From contig CAVGAF010000003.1 of NCBI GenBank assembly GCA_963627055.1, positions 5,177 through 69,176 of the forward strand: a stretch of DNA of 64,000 nt, in the 5' to 3' direction. Origin of the DNA: Butyrivibrio sp. CAG:318. Its GTDB lineage: Bacteria > Actinomycetota > Coriobacteriia > Coriobacteriales > Eggerthellaceae. A model generated the notes under the pieces. The model was not told the origin of the DNA and searched no databases. It worked only from the letters and a program-made list of their open reading frames with translations. The position numbers and the translations under genes were made by a program. Positions 27,645-37,054 of the stretch are shown piece after piece; position 1 is the first letter of the stretch; every line of letters begins with the position of its first letter.

Positions 27645-28496
27645 ATGGCTTTGATCAGACCGTCTTTGACGCTGGTGCTCGACTTGGACGAGAGACAGGC
27701 GCAGGAAGAGACGCAGCTTGAACTCAAGCGCTGCTATACCTACATTACGGCGCCGATCGTGCGCAAGCATGCGCCCGAGGATGCGGACGCGCCCGTGAGC
27801 AACACGGCGCGCGCCATCGTGAATTTCGGGACGCGCAACTACCTGCATTCGGCCGACGAGGGAGCTGACGAGCTGTGGGACGGCATCGTCGAGCAGTGGC
27901 TCGGCAACATCCTGCATAAGGTCGGTTCCACGATGAAGGCGTTCAACCGCCGTCAGCGCTCAATCGGGCTGCCCGAGGTCATTTTCGACAAGTTCGACAT
28001 CGAGCTTGCTGGCGGTGAATTCACGGTGAGCCTGCATCCCGATTTGCTCGGGTTCGTGCCCGAGGAACTCAACGCCGCCATCACCCTGGCGCGCTCGCTG
28101 CTCAACGACGGCACCTTCGCCGGCGCGGTGCGCGTGCGGATCCCGGCCGACGAGTCGTATGCCGCGCAGCAGGAAAGCGCTCGGGCGGCATGGGATGAGA
28201 CCCATCCCGAAGAGAACGAACCGGAAGCGGCCCCGTCGCCAAGCGAGGCCGTCTCCGCGCCCGAGGTCGACTATGAAAGCGAGGAATGGCTGGCCTATGA
28301 CCGCGAGCGCAAGAGCTACGAGCGCACCGCGGTGCCCATCACCGATTCCGACGAGCTGCCGCCCATTGTGCGCGAAGAGGAGCCCGAGCCGCCCGAGCCG
28401 TTCTCCTTTGAGGTCGACTACACCGTCTGGGGAGTCGTCTACGCAGACGGCACGAACCGGCGCTTCGATTCGTCGGCGCTCGCGTTTTCGGAGTAG
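27645..28496 (+). CDS. Hypothetical acidic protein
   Basis: GGAGGAGG RBS before ATG 27645; host-like codon usage; first gene of the plus-strand accessory operon. Confidence 0.75.
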   Translation: MALIRPSLTLVLDLDERQAQEETQLELKRCYTYITAPIVRKHAPEDADAPVSNTARAIVNFGTRNYLHSADEGADELWDGIVEQWLGNILHKVGSTMKAFNRRQRSIGLPEVIFDKFDIELAGGEFTVSLHPDLLGFVPEELNAAITLARSLLNDGTFAGAVRVRIPADESYAAQQESARAAWDETHPEENEPEAAPSPSEAVSAPEVDYESEEWLAYDRERKSYERTAVPITDSDELPPIVREEEPEPPEPFSFEVDYTVWGVVYADGTNRRFDSSALAFSE

Positions 28497-28500
28497 CGCC

Positions 28501-29376
28501 ATGCCTTCGACGACGGGAAAGACGGGCGCAGGCGTGGCGTGCGAGAGCATGTTCGTGAAATGGGAGACTCCCGAAGAGGAGCTCGCCTCCACTGCGCGCC
28601 TTGCCGAGGCGTTCGTGCATCGCCATATCGACGAGGCGAACGACCTGGCCATCGCGGTGCCGAACATGGCCTGGGCCGTGCAGGCGCGCCGCGCATGTGC
28701 CGCGGCCGGCCTTCCCGCTTCGATTCGCGCGCCGCGCACCCACGTAAGCGCAGCGACGAAAAGCAGGCTTTCCCTGCTCGAGGCGCTGGCAAACCCCGAA
28801 GACGAGCGCCTGCGGCGGCAGTGGGAGGATGCGGGGCGGCCCGCGGGAAAGCTCGACGAGCTTGTTGCGCGCTACGGCTCCTCGCGCGCCTCGGCGCTCA
28901 TCCGCCTGTGCGACTTATCCGCCTGTCCCGAGCTCGAGCATGGGCTTCTGCATGTCTGCGGCGACGAGGACGCGGTACGCCTGCTTTCCATCATCGATGA
29001 GCAGCTTGAGCGCCCGACCTCTCCGGAAGGCTTGCAGGTGGCGTCGATCGTGTTGCTTTCGAACCTGTCTAAGGCTTATGCGCAGCTGTTCGTCGTCGGC
29101 TGCGTCGAGGGCCTTCTCGACGCAGCCGACGAGGCGACAAGGCGGGCGTTTCTCGGCGCGGCGGGGCATGCGACCAGGCGCCTGTACTATTCGGGCTTCG
29201 CGAAGGCCGATCTTGCCCTGGCGAAATCGGCGCACCTCGCCTACGCCCGCACCCGGCGCGAGGGGGAGCGCGAGATGGCGCTGTGCCGGGTAAGCCCGCT
29301 TTTCGCCGACTTCGGCGCCGCGCGTCCCTCGACGCTTGGCGGCCAGGTGCTTCTGCGCACCTACCAACTGAATTGA
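28501..29376 (+). CDS. Degenerate UvrD/PcrA C-terminal-half-like protein
   Basis: LFVVGCVEGLL and RRAFLGAAGHATRRLYYS resemble SF1A motifs V/VI; C-terminus resembles that of ORF 32791-34686; start uncertain (28501 or 28549). Confidence 0.6.
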   Translation: MPSTTGKTGAGVACESMFVKWETPEEELASTARLAEAFVHRHIDEANDLAIAVPNMAWAVQARRACAAAGLPASIRAPRTHVSAATKSRLSLLEALANPEDERLRRQWEDAGRPAGKLDELVARYGSSRASALIRLCDLSACPELEHGLLHVCGDEDAVRLLSIIDEQLERPTSPEGLQVASIVLLSNLSKAYAQLFVVGCVEGLLDAADEATRRAFLGAAGHATRRLYYSGFAKADLALAKSAHLAYARTRREGEREMALCRVSPLFADFGAARPSTLGGQVLLRTYQLN

Positions 29377-29397
29377 CATACCCGCAAGGAGGACATC

Positions 29398-30312
29398 ATG
29401 GCGGATTTCGATTTGAAGAATTTCTCGTTCAACGTCGACGAGGGCTCGTTTAATTTCGGCGGGCCCGAGTCGATGGACGAGGGGGATGCCGATCCGGGCA
29501 TCTTCCTGCCCAACACCGAGGGGCGCACCGAATTTCTGCCGCCCGACGCTGAGCGCGTTCCCAAGATCCCGGGCGTCGTGGACAACGAGTCGGACGCCTA
29601 CGCCGCTCGCCCGGCGGCCGAGCGCACCTCGGAGTTGTTCAACAACATGAACCCGCACCGCCGCGTGCTGTACGGCGTGCTGCGCGCGATGAACGAGCCC
29701 TTAAACGATGAGGCGGCCGATGAGGCCATCGAGGCCCTGCGCGCCCACAAGTTCTCGGTGTATTCCCCGGCCGACATCTGCACGATGCTCGCCGCCGCCG
29801 GCGCCATCACGCGGGTGCTTGCCGACGGCACCCCCTACGAGGAGTTCGAGCCCGAGCCGAAGATCGTCGTCATCGACGGCGTGGAGTATTGGGAGGCCCA
29901 GCCCGCCCCCGAGCATTTCTGGCAGATCAGCGATGCGGGCCGCGCCCAGCTGGCGTCCTACGACCCTGCCGAGAAGCTCGCCGAGCAGCTTGCCCGCGAA
30001 CCGGAATACGCCAAGCTCTACAAGCGCATTTTGGTGCTGGGCTGCGAAGAGGGCGGCAAGACCATGAAGCAGTTCTCGGCCGCCGTCGATAACGACCCGC
30101 TGGTGGCCACCGAGCCACGCAGCTTCTTCGTGCAGCATTTCGTCGAGGCGCTTGAGCGTTGCGAGGCCGTCGCCTGGTTCGGCAGCACGTGGAAGACGAC
30201 CGATACGGGCCGCGCGGCGCTTGCCGGCGAGCTTTCCGAGGTCGTTGACGACTACGTTTTCGATGAGGGGGCGCAGCCTGCGCAGACCGAGACCGACGGC
30301 GTGAACTGGTAG
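29398..30312 (+). CDS. Hypothetical protein with two putative winged-helix-like repeats
   Basis: AAGGAGG RBS; repeated pattern LAAAGAI...WQISDAGRAQL and LERCEAV...WKTTDTGRAAL. Confidence 0.65.
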   Translation: MADFDLKNFSFNVDEGSFNFGGPESMDEGDADPGIFLPNTEGRTEFLPPDAERVPKIPGVVDNESDAYAARPAAERTSELFNNMNPHRRVLYGVLRAMNEPLNDEAADEAIEALRAHKFSVYSPADICTMLAAAGAITRVLADGTPYEEFEPEPKIVVIDGVEYWEAQPAPEHFWQISDAGRAQLASYDPAEKLAEQLAREPEYAKLYKRILVLGCEEGGKTMKQFSAAVDNDPLVATEPRSFFVQHFVEALERCEAVAWFGSTWKTTDTGRAALAGELSEVVDDYVFDEGAQPAQTETDGVNW

Positions 30313-30324
30313 GAGGGGCAGAAC

Positions 30325-31077
30325 ATGACGGACGTGAACAACGTGCCCGAGACGGGCGTGGAGGAACTGATCAGCATCAACGAGGGCCGCGCGAAGACCT
30401 ACGGGCTTCTCGCGCGCCTGTACCGCGAGGAGGCCACCCAGGAGCTCATCGACGAGCTGTACGGCCTGCATTGGCGCGTGAGCACCGGAAACGCGGCGCT
30501 CGACCGCGGCCACAAGCTCATCGCGACATGGCTTTCCGGCCTGTGGCGCAATTCGGCCACGGAGCTTTCCGCCGACTACATGCGGACGTTTTTCGGCCAC
30601 GGGTATTCCGGCCACGCGGCGGCATACCCCTTCGAGAGCGTCTACGCGTCGGAGAAGCGCCTGCTCATGCAGGGTGCGCGTGACGAGATTCTGGCGCTGT
30701 ACCGCTCTGCCGGCCTGGACAAGCAGGCAAGCTGGAAGGAGGGCGAGGACCATATCGCGCTGGAGCTGGAATACATGCAGGTGCTCATCACCCGCACCGT
30801 GGACGCCTTGCGCGCCGACGAGGGCGAAGAAGCGTATCGCCTGGTGAAGTGCCAGCTGAACTTCATGGAAGACCATCTGGGCGCCTGGGCGCCGCTTCTC
30901 ACCGCCCAAATGCGCGGTTTCTGCAAGACGAAGTTCTACGAGGGCCTGTCCTGGATGACCGACGGCTTTTTGGAAGTGGACACGGCGCTGATGGAAGACA
31001 TGCTCTCCGACGACGATGGCGAGGACGAGGACGGCGAGGCGGGCGAGACGGCTGCGGCTTCGCAAGACGGCGAATAG
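30325..31077 (+). CDS. TorD/DmsD-family redox enzyme maturation chaperone
   Basis: YPFESVY, EDHIALELEYM and FMEDHLGAW motifs; AGGAGG RBS. Confidence 0.9.
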   Translation: MTDVNNVPETGVEELISINEGRAKTYGLLARLYREEATQELIDELYGLHWRVSTGNAALDRGHKLIATWLSGLWRNSATELSADYMRTFFGHGYSGHAAAYPFESVYASEKRLLMQGARDEILALYRSAGLDKQASWKEGEDHIALELEYMQVLITRTVDALRADEGEEAYRLVKCQLNFMEDHLGAWAPLLTAQMRGFCKTKFYEGLSWMTDGFLEVDTALMEDMLSDDDGEDEDGEAGETAAASQDGE

Positions 31078-31165
31078 GAGCTCGCACGCCGCGCGAGGCG
31101 GCGTGGCGGGCCTAAGGGTTGTCGGGCGCGAAAGGACGACCGGCGAAACAGCAAGGGGGATTGGT

Positions 31166-31807
31166 ATGGCAGAAGAAGGTAAGACGTACGCGGGCATGTC
31201 CCGCCGTGCGTTCGCCTTGGGCACGGGAGGGGCGGTCGTGCTTTTGGCCCTCGGCGGCCTGAAGGCGACTCCGGCTGCGGCGCAGGTGCGCCCGCCGGGA
31301 GGTCAGGACGAGGATCACGTGATCTCCGCCTGCGTTCGCTGCGAGCGGTGCGTGGAGGCGTGCCCGCGCGGTGCGCTGCGCCCCTCGCATATCGAGGAGG
31401 GCATCTTGGGCACGCGCCTGCCCGCCGCGAACTTCGACGTCGCGTACTGCGATTTCTGCACCGAGGAAAACGGCGGCGTGCCCCTGTGCGTGGCGGCGTG
31501 CCCGACCCGCGCGCTTAAGCTCGACGCAGGCGCCACGCCCCAGAACACCATCATCGGCAAGGCGGTGCTCAAAGGGGACTGGTGCTTGGCGTGGAACCGC
31601 TACAACGGTTGCCGCTTCTGCTACGACGCCTGCCCCTACGAGGCCATCACGCTCGACGAGCACCAGCGCCCCGTCGTGCACAACGACAAGTGCAACGGGT
31701 GCGGCGCATGCCAGGCGGCATGCGTGTCGCTGCAGGAGGGCTCGATCGTCGAGGGCGCCACGTCGCGCGCCATCACGGTCCGCCCGCTTGACGAGGTCGA
31801 GGGCTAG
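31166..31807 (+). CDS. Tat-exported NapG/MauM-like ferredoxin
   Basis: SRRAFALG Tat motif; VRPPGG; CVRCERCVEACP, CDFC..CVAACP, CRFCYDACP, CNGCGACQAAC. Confidence 0.87.
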   Translation: MAEEGKTYAGMSRRAFALGTGGAVVLLALGGLKATPAAAQVRPPGGQDEDHVISACVRCERCVEACPRGALRPSHIEEGILGTRLPAANFDVAYCDFCTEENGGVPLCVAACPTRALKLDAGATPQNTIIGKAVLKGDWCLAWNRYNGCRFCYDACPYEAITLDEHQRPVVHNDKCNGCGACQAACVSLQEGSIVEGATSRAITVRPLDEVEG

Positions 31808-31816
31808 GGGGATGTC

Positions 31817-32767
31817 ATGAATTTGAAAACGCTTCGCATCATCGTGCCCCTTGCCGTCCTTTTGCTAGCGGCAGTGGGCTTCGTGTTCCATACCGGCTTC
31901 GGCGACCTGTCCGCGGTGGGCTGGTCGTCCATATCGGTGCTGTGCCCCCTAGGCGCGCTCGGCACCATGCTCGCCAGCAAGACGGTGGTCCCGCATGCGG
32001 TCATCTCGCTGATCATCGCCCTTGTTGCCATCGTCTTGCTTGGCCGCGCGTTCTGCGGATGGATCTGCCCGGTCCCCGTCATCTCGAAGCTGCGCCATGC
32101 CTTCTCGCGTCCCGAGCACGTCAAGGCCGCGAAGAAGGCCGCATCCGCCGGCGCCGGCGACGACGGGCATGCCGCAGGCGCCGACGGGGCCAAGCCGCTC
32201 ACAGACAAGGAGAAGGCGCTGCTCAAGGGCGCATGCAGCCACCATGCGTGCAAGCCCGGCTGCGAGCCGAGCAACTCGCGCAATATCGTGCTCGGCGGCG
32301 CGCTGCTTTCCGCGGCCATCTTCGGGTTCCCGGTATTCTGCCTCGTATGCCCCATCGGCCTTGCGTTCGCGCTCGTGTTCGTGCTCATCGCCTTGTTCGG
32401 GTCGGGCGACGTCACCTGGTCGGTCGTCGTCATCCCGGTGCTGCTGGCTGTGGAAGTGGTGTTCTTCCGCAAATGGTGCAGCCATATCTGCCCGCTGTCG
32501 GCCTTGATGAGCCTGGTGGGCAAGCTCAACCGCACCTTCCGCCCGCAGGTTGACGCAGGCGCGTGCGTCGAGACGAAGACCGGGCATCATTGCGGCAAGT
32601 GTGCACGGGTCTGCGAGCAGGGCATCGACCCGCGCCATCCCGAGCTGGGCGCGTCGTGGAGCGAATGCACGCGTTGCGGCGCGTGCATCAAGGCCTGCCC
32701 GGGAGACGCCATCAAGCTCGCCGCGCTGGTGCGCGAGGGGAAGAGCCTCGCGGAGCGTGAGGATTAA
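31817..32767 (+). CDS. NapH/MauN-like membrane 4Fe-4S protein
   Basis: GRAFCGWICP, FCLVCPIG, WCSHICPL, CGKCARVC, CTRCGACIKACP; several TM segments. Confidence 0.87.
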   Translation: MNLKTLRIIVPLAVLLLAAVGFVFHTGFGDLSAVGWSSISVLCPLGALGTMLASKTVVPHAVISLIIALVAIVLLGRAFCGWICPVPVISKLRHAFSRPEHVKAAKKAASAGAGDDGHAAGADGAKPLTDKEKALLKGACSHHACKPGCEPSNSRNIVLGGALLSAAIFGFPVFCLVCPIGLAFALVFVLIALFGSGDVTWSVVVIPVLLAVEVVFFRKWCSHICPLSALMSLVGKLNRTFRPQVDAGACVETKTGHHCGKCARVCEQGIDPRHPELGASWSECTRCGACIKACPGDAIKLAALVREGKSLAERED

Positions 32768-32790
32768 AGGCGCAAAGGGGGAGAGGGCGC

Positions 32791-34686
32791 ATGGTTGACG
32801 AGAGGGAAGGCTCGGGCTTGCCGGCTGCGGCTGACGCGCCCGGCAAGGGCGATTTCTTCAGCGACGTCGAGGCGTCTTGCTACGTCGGCCCGGCGAATTC
32901 CGGGCGTACGCGGCACTTGGTCGAGGTCGCGCGCCAGCAGACGCACGCCGGCTCGCGCGTGCTGTTCGTGTGCGCAACCTCCGCCGCCGCCAGGTGTGTG
33001 CGTGAGGCGACCTCGGGCATGCCTGCGGTGACGGTGACGACGTTTCCCCAGATGGCGATTAAGGTTCTTTCGACGACTGAGGGGCGTGGGGCCTTTGGGC
33101 GCGCACCCCGTATCCTCGATCCCCACGAGCAGGACATCCTCATGGAGGACATGAAGGTCAGCCAGATGAAGAACCGCCGGCTGCGTGCCGTTGCGGGCTA
33201 CCTGTTCGCCGGCTGGAGCAACCTCGCCGACGATGCATGGGAACAAACCTACGAGGAGGACCTGCTCATCGACCGCCTGCATGCCAACCTGCGCTTTACG
33301 GGCGGCATTTTGGCGTGCGAGGCTTCGAACTTGGCGTTAAAAGTGCTGCGCGCAAATCCCGACGTTCGCCGACGCCTTTCCTGCGACTGCGTGGTCGTTG
33401 ACGACTTCGACCTTGCCAGCCGCGCCTCGCAGCATCTTGCGCGTGCGCTTACGGGGCGGCTGCTTGCGGTGAGCGCCGCGCCGTATGCCGCTGCGCCTAC
33501 CGCGCAGGAGCCTTATCCGTGCTTTGCGGGAGTAGAAGAGCTGCTTGCGGACTGCCCGGCCTGCCGCGTCGAGCGGCTCGCCAGCGCCCAGCCCCTCGCT
33601 ATACAGGAGGTCATGCGGCGCCTTCACGCTGAAGACGTTCGCGTGGGTGCCAGTGGCGCTGATCTGGGGCGCGCCGGCAACGGTGTCAATTGCGCTGCCG
33701 AGGATGCCCGTGCCGCCGGGGATGAGGTTTTTGCTGACGGAAGTCCCGCGGCGAGCATTGACGACCTTGCCGCCGATGCGGGCGCGGAGCCCCTCGCCAT
33801 TCGCGTGGAGCCTTCGATGGAGGCCGAACTGCTGTTGATGGCGCAGACCTGCGCAGACGCGCTTTCCCGCGGCGAGGACGTGGCCATCTTCGGTACCGAT
33901 CGCATCTGGCGGCGCAACGTCGTGGCGAACTTGCGCCGCGTCGGCCTGCCCGTGGCAGCGGCGCCCGCCGGCCGCATCAAGGCGCGTGACTTAAACGATG
34001 CGATGACCTGCGCCCGCCTTGAGCGCGACGCGCTCGGCCGCCTTCGGGCGAATCGCGCTGACGGCGTGGCATGGCGAACGCTCGTCGCGCTTGGCGACCA
34101 CGTGGCCCGCAGCGCCGCCCTCGACCGCCTGCGCCGGGCCACGGCCGGAGGGGAGCCCGGCGGCCTGGGCCTGCACGAGGCCCTGGAGGCGCTCTCGCGC
34201 GGAAAAGTGGTATGCGACGATTTGACGCGCCCGCTCCTCGACGACCTGCTCGCCGCCTACCGCCGCGCTTGCGCCCTCCTCGAGAACTTCGACGATGCCG
34301 GCGCGCCCGATGGCGCCGTCCAGCGCGAAACCGGCACCGAGCGCAGCCCCTCAATCGTGGTGTACCCGGTATCCGCCGCGCCTGAGGTGCGTGCCGACGT
34401 GGCTATTTTCGGCGCCTTTGTCAACGGCTGCATTCCCTGCCGGGCGTACTTCGACCCCGCCGGTCTCGCCGGCGCCGCGCGTGGGCGCGAGGCCTCCGCG
34501 AGCCTGAGGGCTGCCCTCTCCGTCGCCGCCTGCGCGCGTAAGCGGGTATTGTTCTGCGCCTTTTCCGCCTGCGGACTCGATGCGGCCGAAACTATGGACC
34601 TGCATATCGCTTCCATTAAGTTGCGCCGGTCGGTGCGCACGGCCGTCGTCGAGCCGAGCTGCCTGACGGCGGTCATGCAGGGCTGA
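32791..34686 (+). CDS. Degenerate UvrD/PcrA-like SF1A helicase homologue (probable pseudo-ATPase)
   Basis: GPANSGRT (Walker A-like, K>R), VLFVCATSAAA (Ia), VTTFPQMA (Ib), VVVDDFD (Walker B-like, E>D), AIFGAFVNGCIP (V-like), AACARKRVLF (VI-like). Confidence 0.72.
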   Translation: MVDEREGSGLPAAADAPGKGDFFSDVEASCYVGPANSGRTRHLVEVARQQTHAGSRVLFVCATSAAARCVREATSGMPAVTVTTFPQMAIKVLSTTEGRGAFGRAPRILDPHEQDILMEDMKVSQMKNRRLRAVAGYLFAGWSNLADDAWEQTYEEDLLIDRLHANLRFTGGILACEASNLALKVLRANPDVRRRLSCDCVVVDDFDLASRASQHLARALTGRLLAVSAAPYAAAPTAQEPYPCFAGVEELLADCPACRVERLASAQPLAIQEVMRRLHAEDVRVGASGADLGRAGNGVNCAAEDARAAGDEVFADGSPAASIDDLAADAGAEPLAIRVEPSMEAELLLMAQTCADALSRGEDVAIFGTDRIWRRNVVANLRRVGLPVAAAPAGRIKARDLNDAMTCARLERDALGRLRANRADGVAWRTLVALGDHVARSAALDRLRRATAGGEPGGLGLHEALEALSRGKVVCDDLTRPLLDDLLAAYRRACALLENFDDAGAPDGAVQRETGTERSPSIVVYPVSAAPEVRADVAIFGAFVNGCIPCRAYFDPAGLAGAARGREASASLRAALSVAACARKRVLFCAFSACGLDAAETMDLHIASIKLRRSVRTAVVEPSCLTAVMQG

Positions 34687-34955
34687 GCGCCGCGCCGGTT
34701 TATGGAGCCGGTGTGCAGAAGCTTTGTGTATCCTGGCGAGAACCACAAGATGTAGACGCAGAAGATGGCGATTGCGCACCGATGAGGGGACAGCATCGTC
34801 ACGCGCCGCTATAATCCTTTAAGTTTGCGCGTTGCGCGAAGCGGGCCGTGTCTCGCTGGTGCGCGCGTGCGGCGCCTTTTAGGCGCGCAAGGCATGCCGA
34901 GGAGCATGCGCCGGACGGCCGCTTTCGCGAGCGCGGCCCATGAAAAGGAGAAAAG

Positions 34956-36275
34956 GTGTTCGATCAGTTCTTCTCGCAGATCTCGTTCGTCGACATTTTC
35001 AATTTCTGCGTGTTCCTTGCGTTCACCCTGTGCTACACCTACCAGCTCTACTACGTGCTCGTCGTCCTGACGCGCCGTCCGAAAGAGCTTGTCGCCAAGA
35101 AGAACCACAAGTATGCCGCCGTCATCAGCGCGCGCAACGAGTCCGCCGTCATCGGCCAGCTCATTCATTCGATCAAGGTGCAGAATTACCCCTCCGAGCT
35201 CATTGACGTGTTCGTTATCGCCGATAACTGCACGGACAACACCGCCGAGGTCGCCCGCGAGGCCGGCGCGATCGTCTTCCCGCGCTTCAACACCGAAGAG
35301 GTGGGCAAGGGCTATGCGCTCGATTACGGCTTCTCCGTCATTCGCAGCCAGTATGCCGACCGCGGCTACGAGGCGTATTTCGTCTTCGACGCCGACAACG
35401 TGCTCGACGTGAATTACTTCCGCGAGATGAACAAGACCTTCGACAACGGGGCTGTCGCCTCCACCAGCTACCGCAACTCCAAGAACTACGACTCCAACTG
35501 GATTTCCGCCGGTTACGCCATCTGGTTTCTGCGCGAGGCGAAGTTCCTCAACCAGGCTCGCCTGACGCTGAATACGTCCTGCGCCGTCTCCGGCACCGGC
35601 TTTTTCATTTCCGCCAAGGTGATCGAGCGCGCCGGCGGCTGGAAGTGGCACCTGCTTACCGAGGACATCGAGTTCTCCACCAACGCCATTCTGGCCGGCG
35701 AGCGCATCAGCTACACGCCCACCGCCGTGCTCTACGACGAGCAGCCCATCACCTTCCGCGATTCCTGGAATCAGCGTTTCCGCTGGGCGAAGGGCTTCTA
35801 CCAGGTGTTCTGGCACTACGGCGCGCGTCTGGCCAAGGGCATCGCCACCAACCCCAAGGGCAGCCGTTTCGCCTGCTACGACATGCTCATGACCATCGCG
35901 CCGGGCATGCTGCTCACGGTGGTGTCGGTGCTGTTCAACGCCATTATCATCGCGCTTGCCGCGGCCGGCATGATGTCGACGGGCGTCATGGTGGCGTCCT
36001 CGGTGTCCTCCATCTGCTTCTGTTTGGTGAACTACATTATCTTCATGTTCATGTTCGGCGTGCTCACCACGTTCATCGAGTGGGATTCCATTCGCTCGAC
36101 TACCGCCAAGAAGATCCGCTACATGTTCACCTTCCCGCTGTTCATGCTCACCTATGTGCCCATCGCGCTGGTGGCGCTGGTGAAGAAGTGCAATTGGAAG
36201 CCGATCAAGCACTCGATCAACGTCGACGTCAAGGAGTTCAGCGAAAGCGACGCCCGCTCCCGCGAGCGCGCCTAG
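34956..36275 (+). CDS. Processive GT2 glycosyltransferase (cellulose-synthase/IcaA-like)
   Basis: ADNCTD, FDAD, TED and QRFRW (D,D,D,QxxRW) motifs; N- and C-terminal TM helices; GTG start after AAGGAG. Confidence 0.9.
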   Translation: MFDQFFSQISFVDIFNFCVFLAFTLCYTYQLYYVLVVLTRRPKELVAKKNHKYAAVISARNESAVIGQLIHSIKVQNYPSELIDVFVIADNCTDNTAEVAREAGAIVFPRFNTEEVGKGYALDYGFSVIRSQYADRGYEAYFVFDADNVLDVNYFREMNKTFDNGAVASTSYRNSKNYDSNWISAGYAIWFLREAKFLNQARLTLNTSCAVSGTGFFISAKVIERAGGWKWHLLTEDIEFSTNAILAGERISYTPTAVLYDEQPITFRDSWNQRFRWAKGFYQVFWHYGARLAKGIATNPKGSRFACYDMLMTIAPGMLLTVVSVLFNAIIIALAAAGMMSTGVMVASSVSSICFCLVNYIIFMFMFGVLTTFIEWDSIRSTTAKKIRYMFTFPLFMLTYVPIALVALVKKCNWKPIKHSINVDVKEFSESDARSRERA

Positions 36276-36358
36276 GCTCCAAGGCATATTCGGTTACTCG
36301 GCCCGGGGTTGCGCTGTTTGCGCCGCCTCGGGCTCTTATGTTACATGCCCTAACGGTT

Positions 36359-37054
36359 TCACACGCGGGCGAAGGTGAGGCAGCGGATGGTTTGCGCCCC
36401 CGCTTCGCGCAGCGCGTCGGCTGCGGCGTTGACGGTCGCCCCCGTGGTGCAGACGTCGTCGATAAGCAGCACATAAGGCGCCACGGTTGTGCTGCCGTCT
36501 ACCTTAAAGCTGCCGTTGAGGTTTTTTGCGCGCCCCTTGCGGCCCAGCGCGCGTTGGTCGTGCGTGGCGGGGCGGGCGAGCGTTTCGGCATAGGCGATCC
36601 CGAGCAGCCGGGCTAGCGCCTGCGCAAGCTCGGCGGTGTGGTCGAACCCGCGCCGGCGCAGCGCCGCGGCTGTGGCGGGGACGGGCGTGGCCACCGGCGC
36701 GCCCGCAAGCCACGCGGCGGGAGCGGCTCGGGCCATCATGAGTGCCATCTCGTGGCAAAGGCGCCGCTCCCCGCCATCCTTCCATGCGCGCACGATGCGC
36801 GCCGCCGCCTCGTCGTATTCGATGACCGACGCCATCGCGTCGAAGCCGACCTCGTCGCGCTCGAGCGAGCGCATCATCACGCTGTTGCATTCGCAGCACT
36901 GCACGCGCCCCATGGGCGCCCCGCAGCGCGGGCAGGCGCGCCACCATTCGATATAGCGCAGTTGCAGTCGGCATTGCGCGCAGATGAGCTCGCCGGGCCT
37001 GTCGCAAACGGCGCAGCGGGTGGGCCACAGCGTCTCGGCGATGGCTTCGCCCAC
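36359..37054 (-). CDS. comF: ComF/ComFC family protein (double Zn ribbon + PRTase domain)
   Basis: CAVC..CAQC, CPRC..CCEC, RRRGFDH, LLIDDVCTTGAT; start uncertain (frame open to 37201). Confidence 0.85.
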   Translation of the reverse strand: MGEAIAETLWPTRCAVCDRPGELICAQCRLQLRYIEWWRACPRCGAPMGRVQCCECNSVMMRSLERDEVGFDAMASVIEYDEAAARIVRAWKDGGERRLCHEMALMMARAAPAAWLAGAPVATPVPATAAALRRRGFDHTAELAQALARLLGIAYAETLARPATHDQRALGRKGRAKNLNGSFKVDGSTTVAPYVLLIDDVCTTGATVNAAADALREAGAQTIRCLTFARV

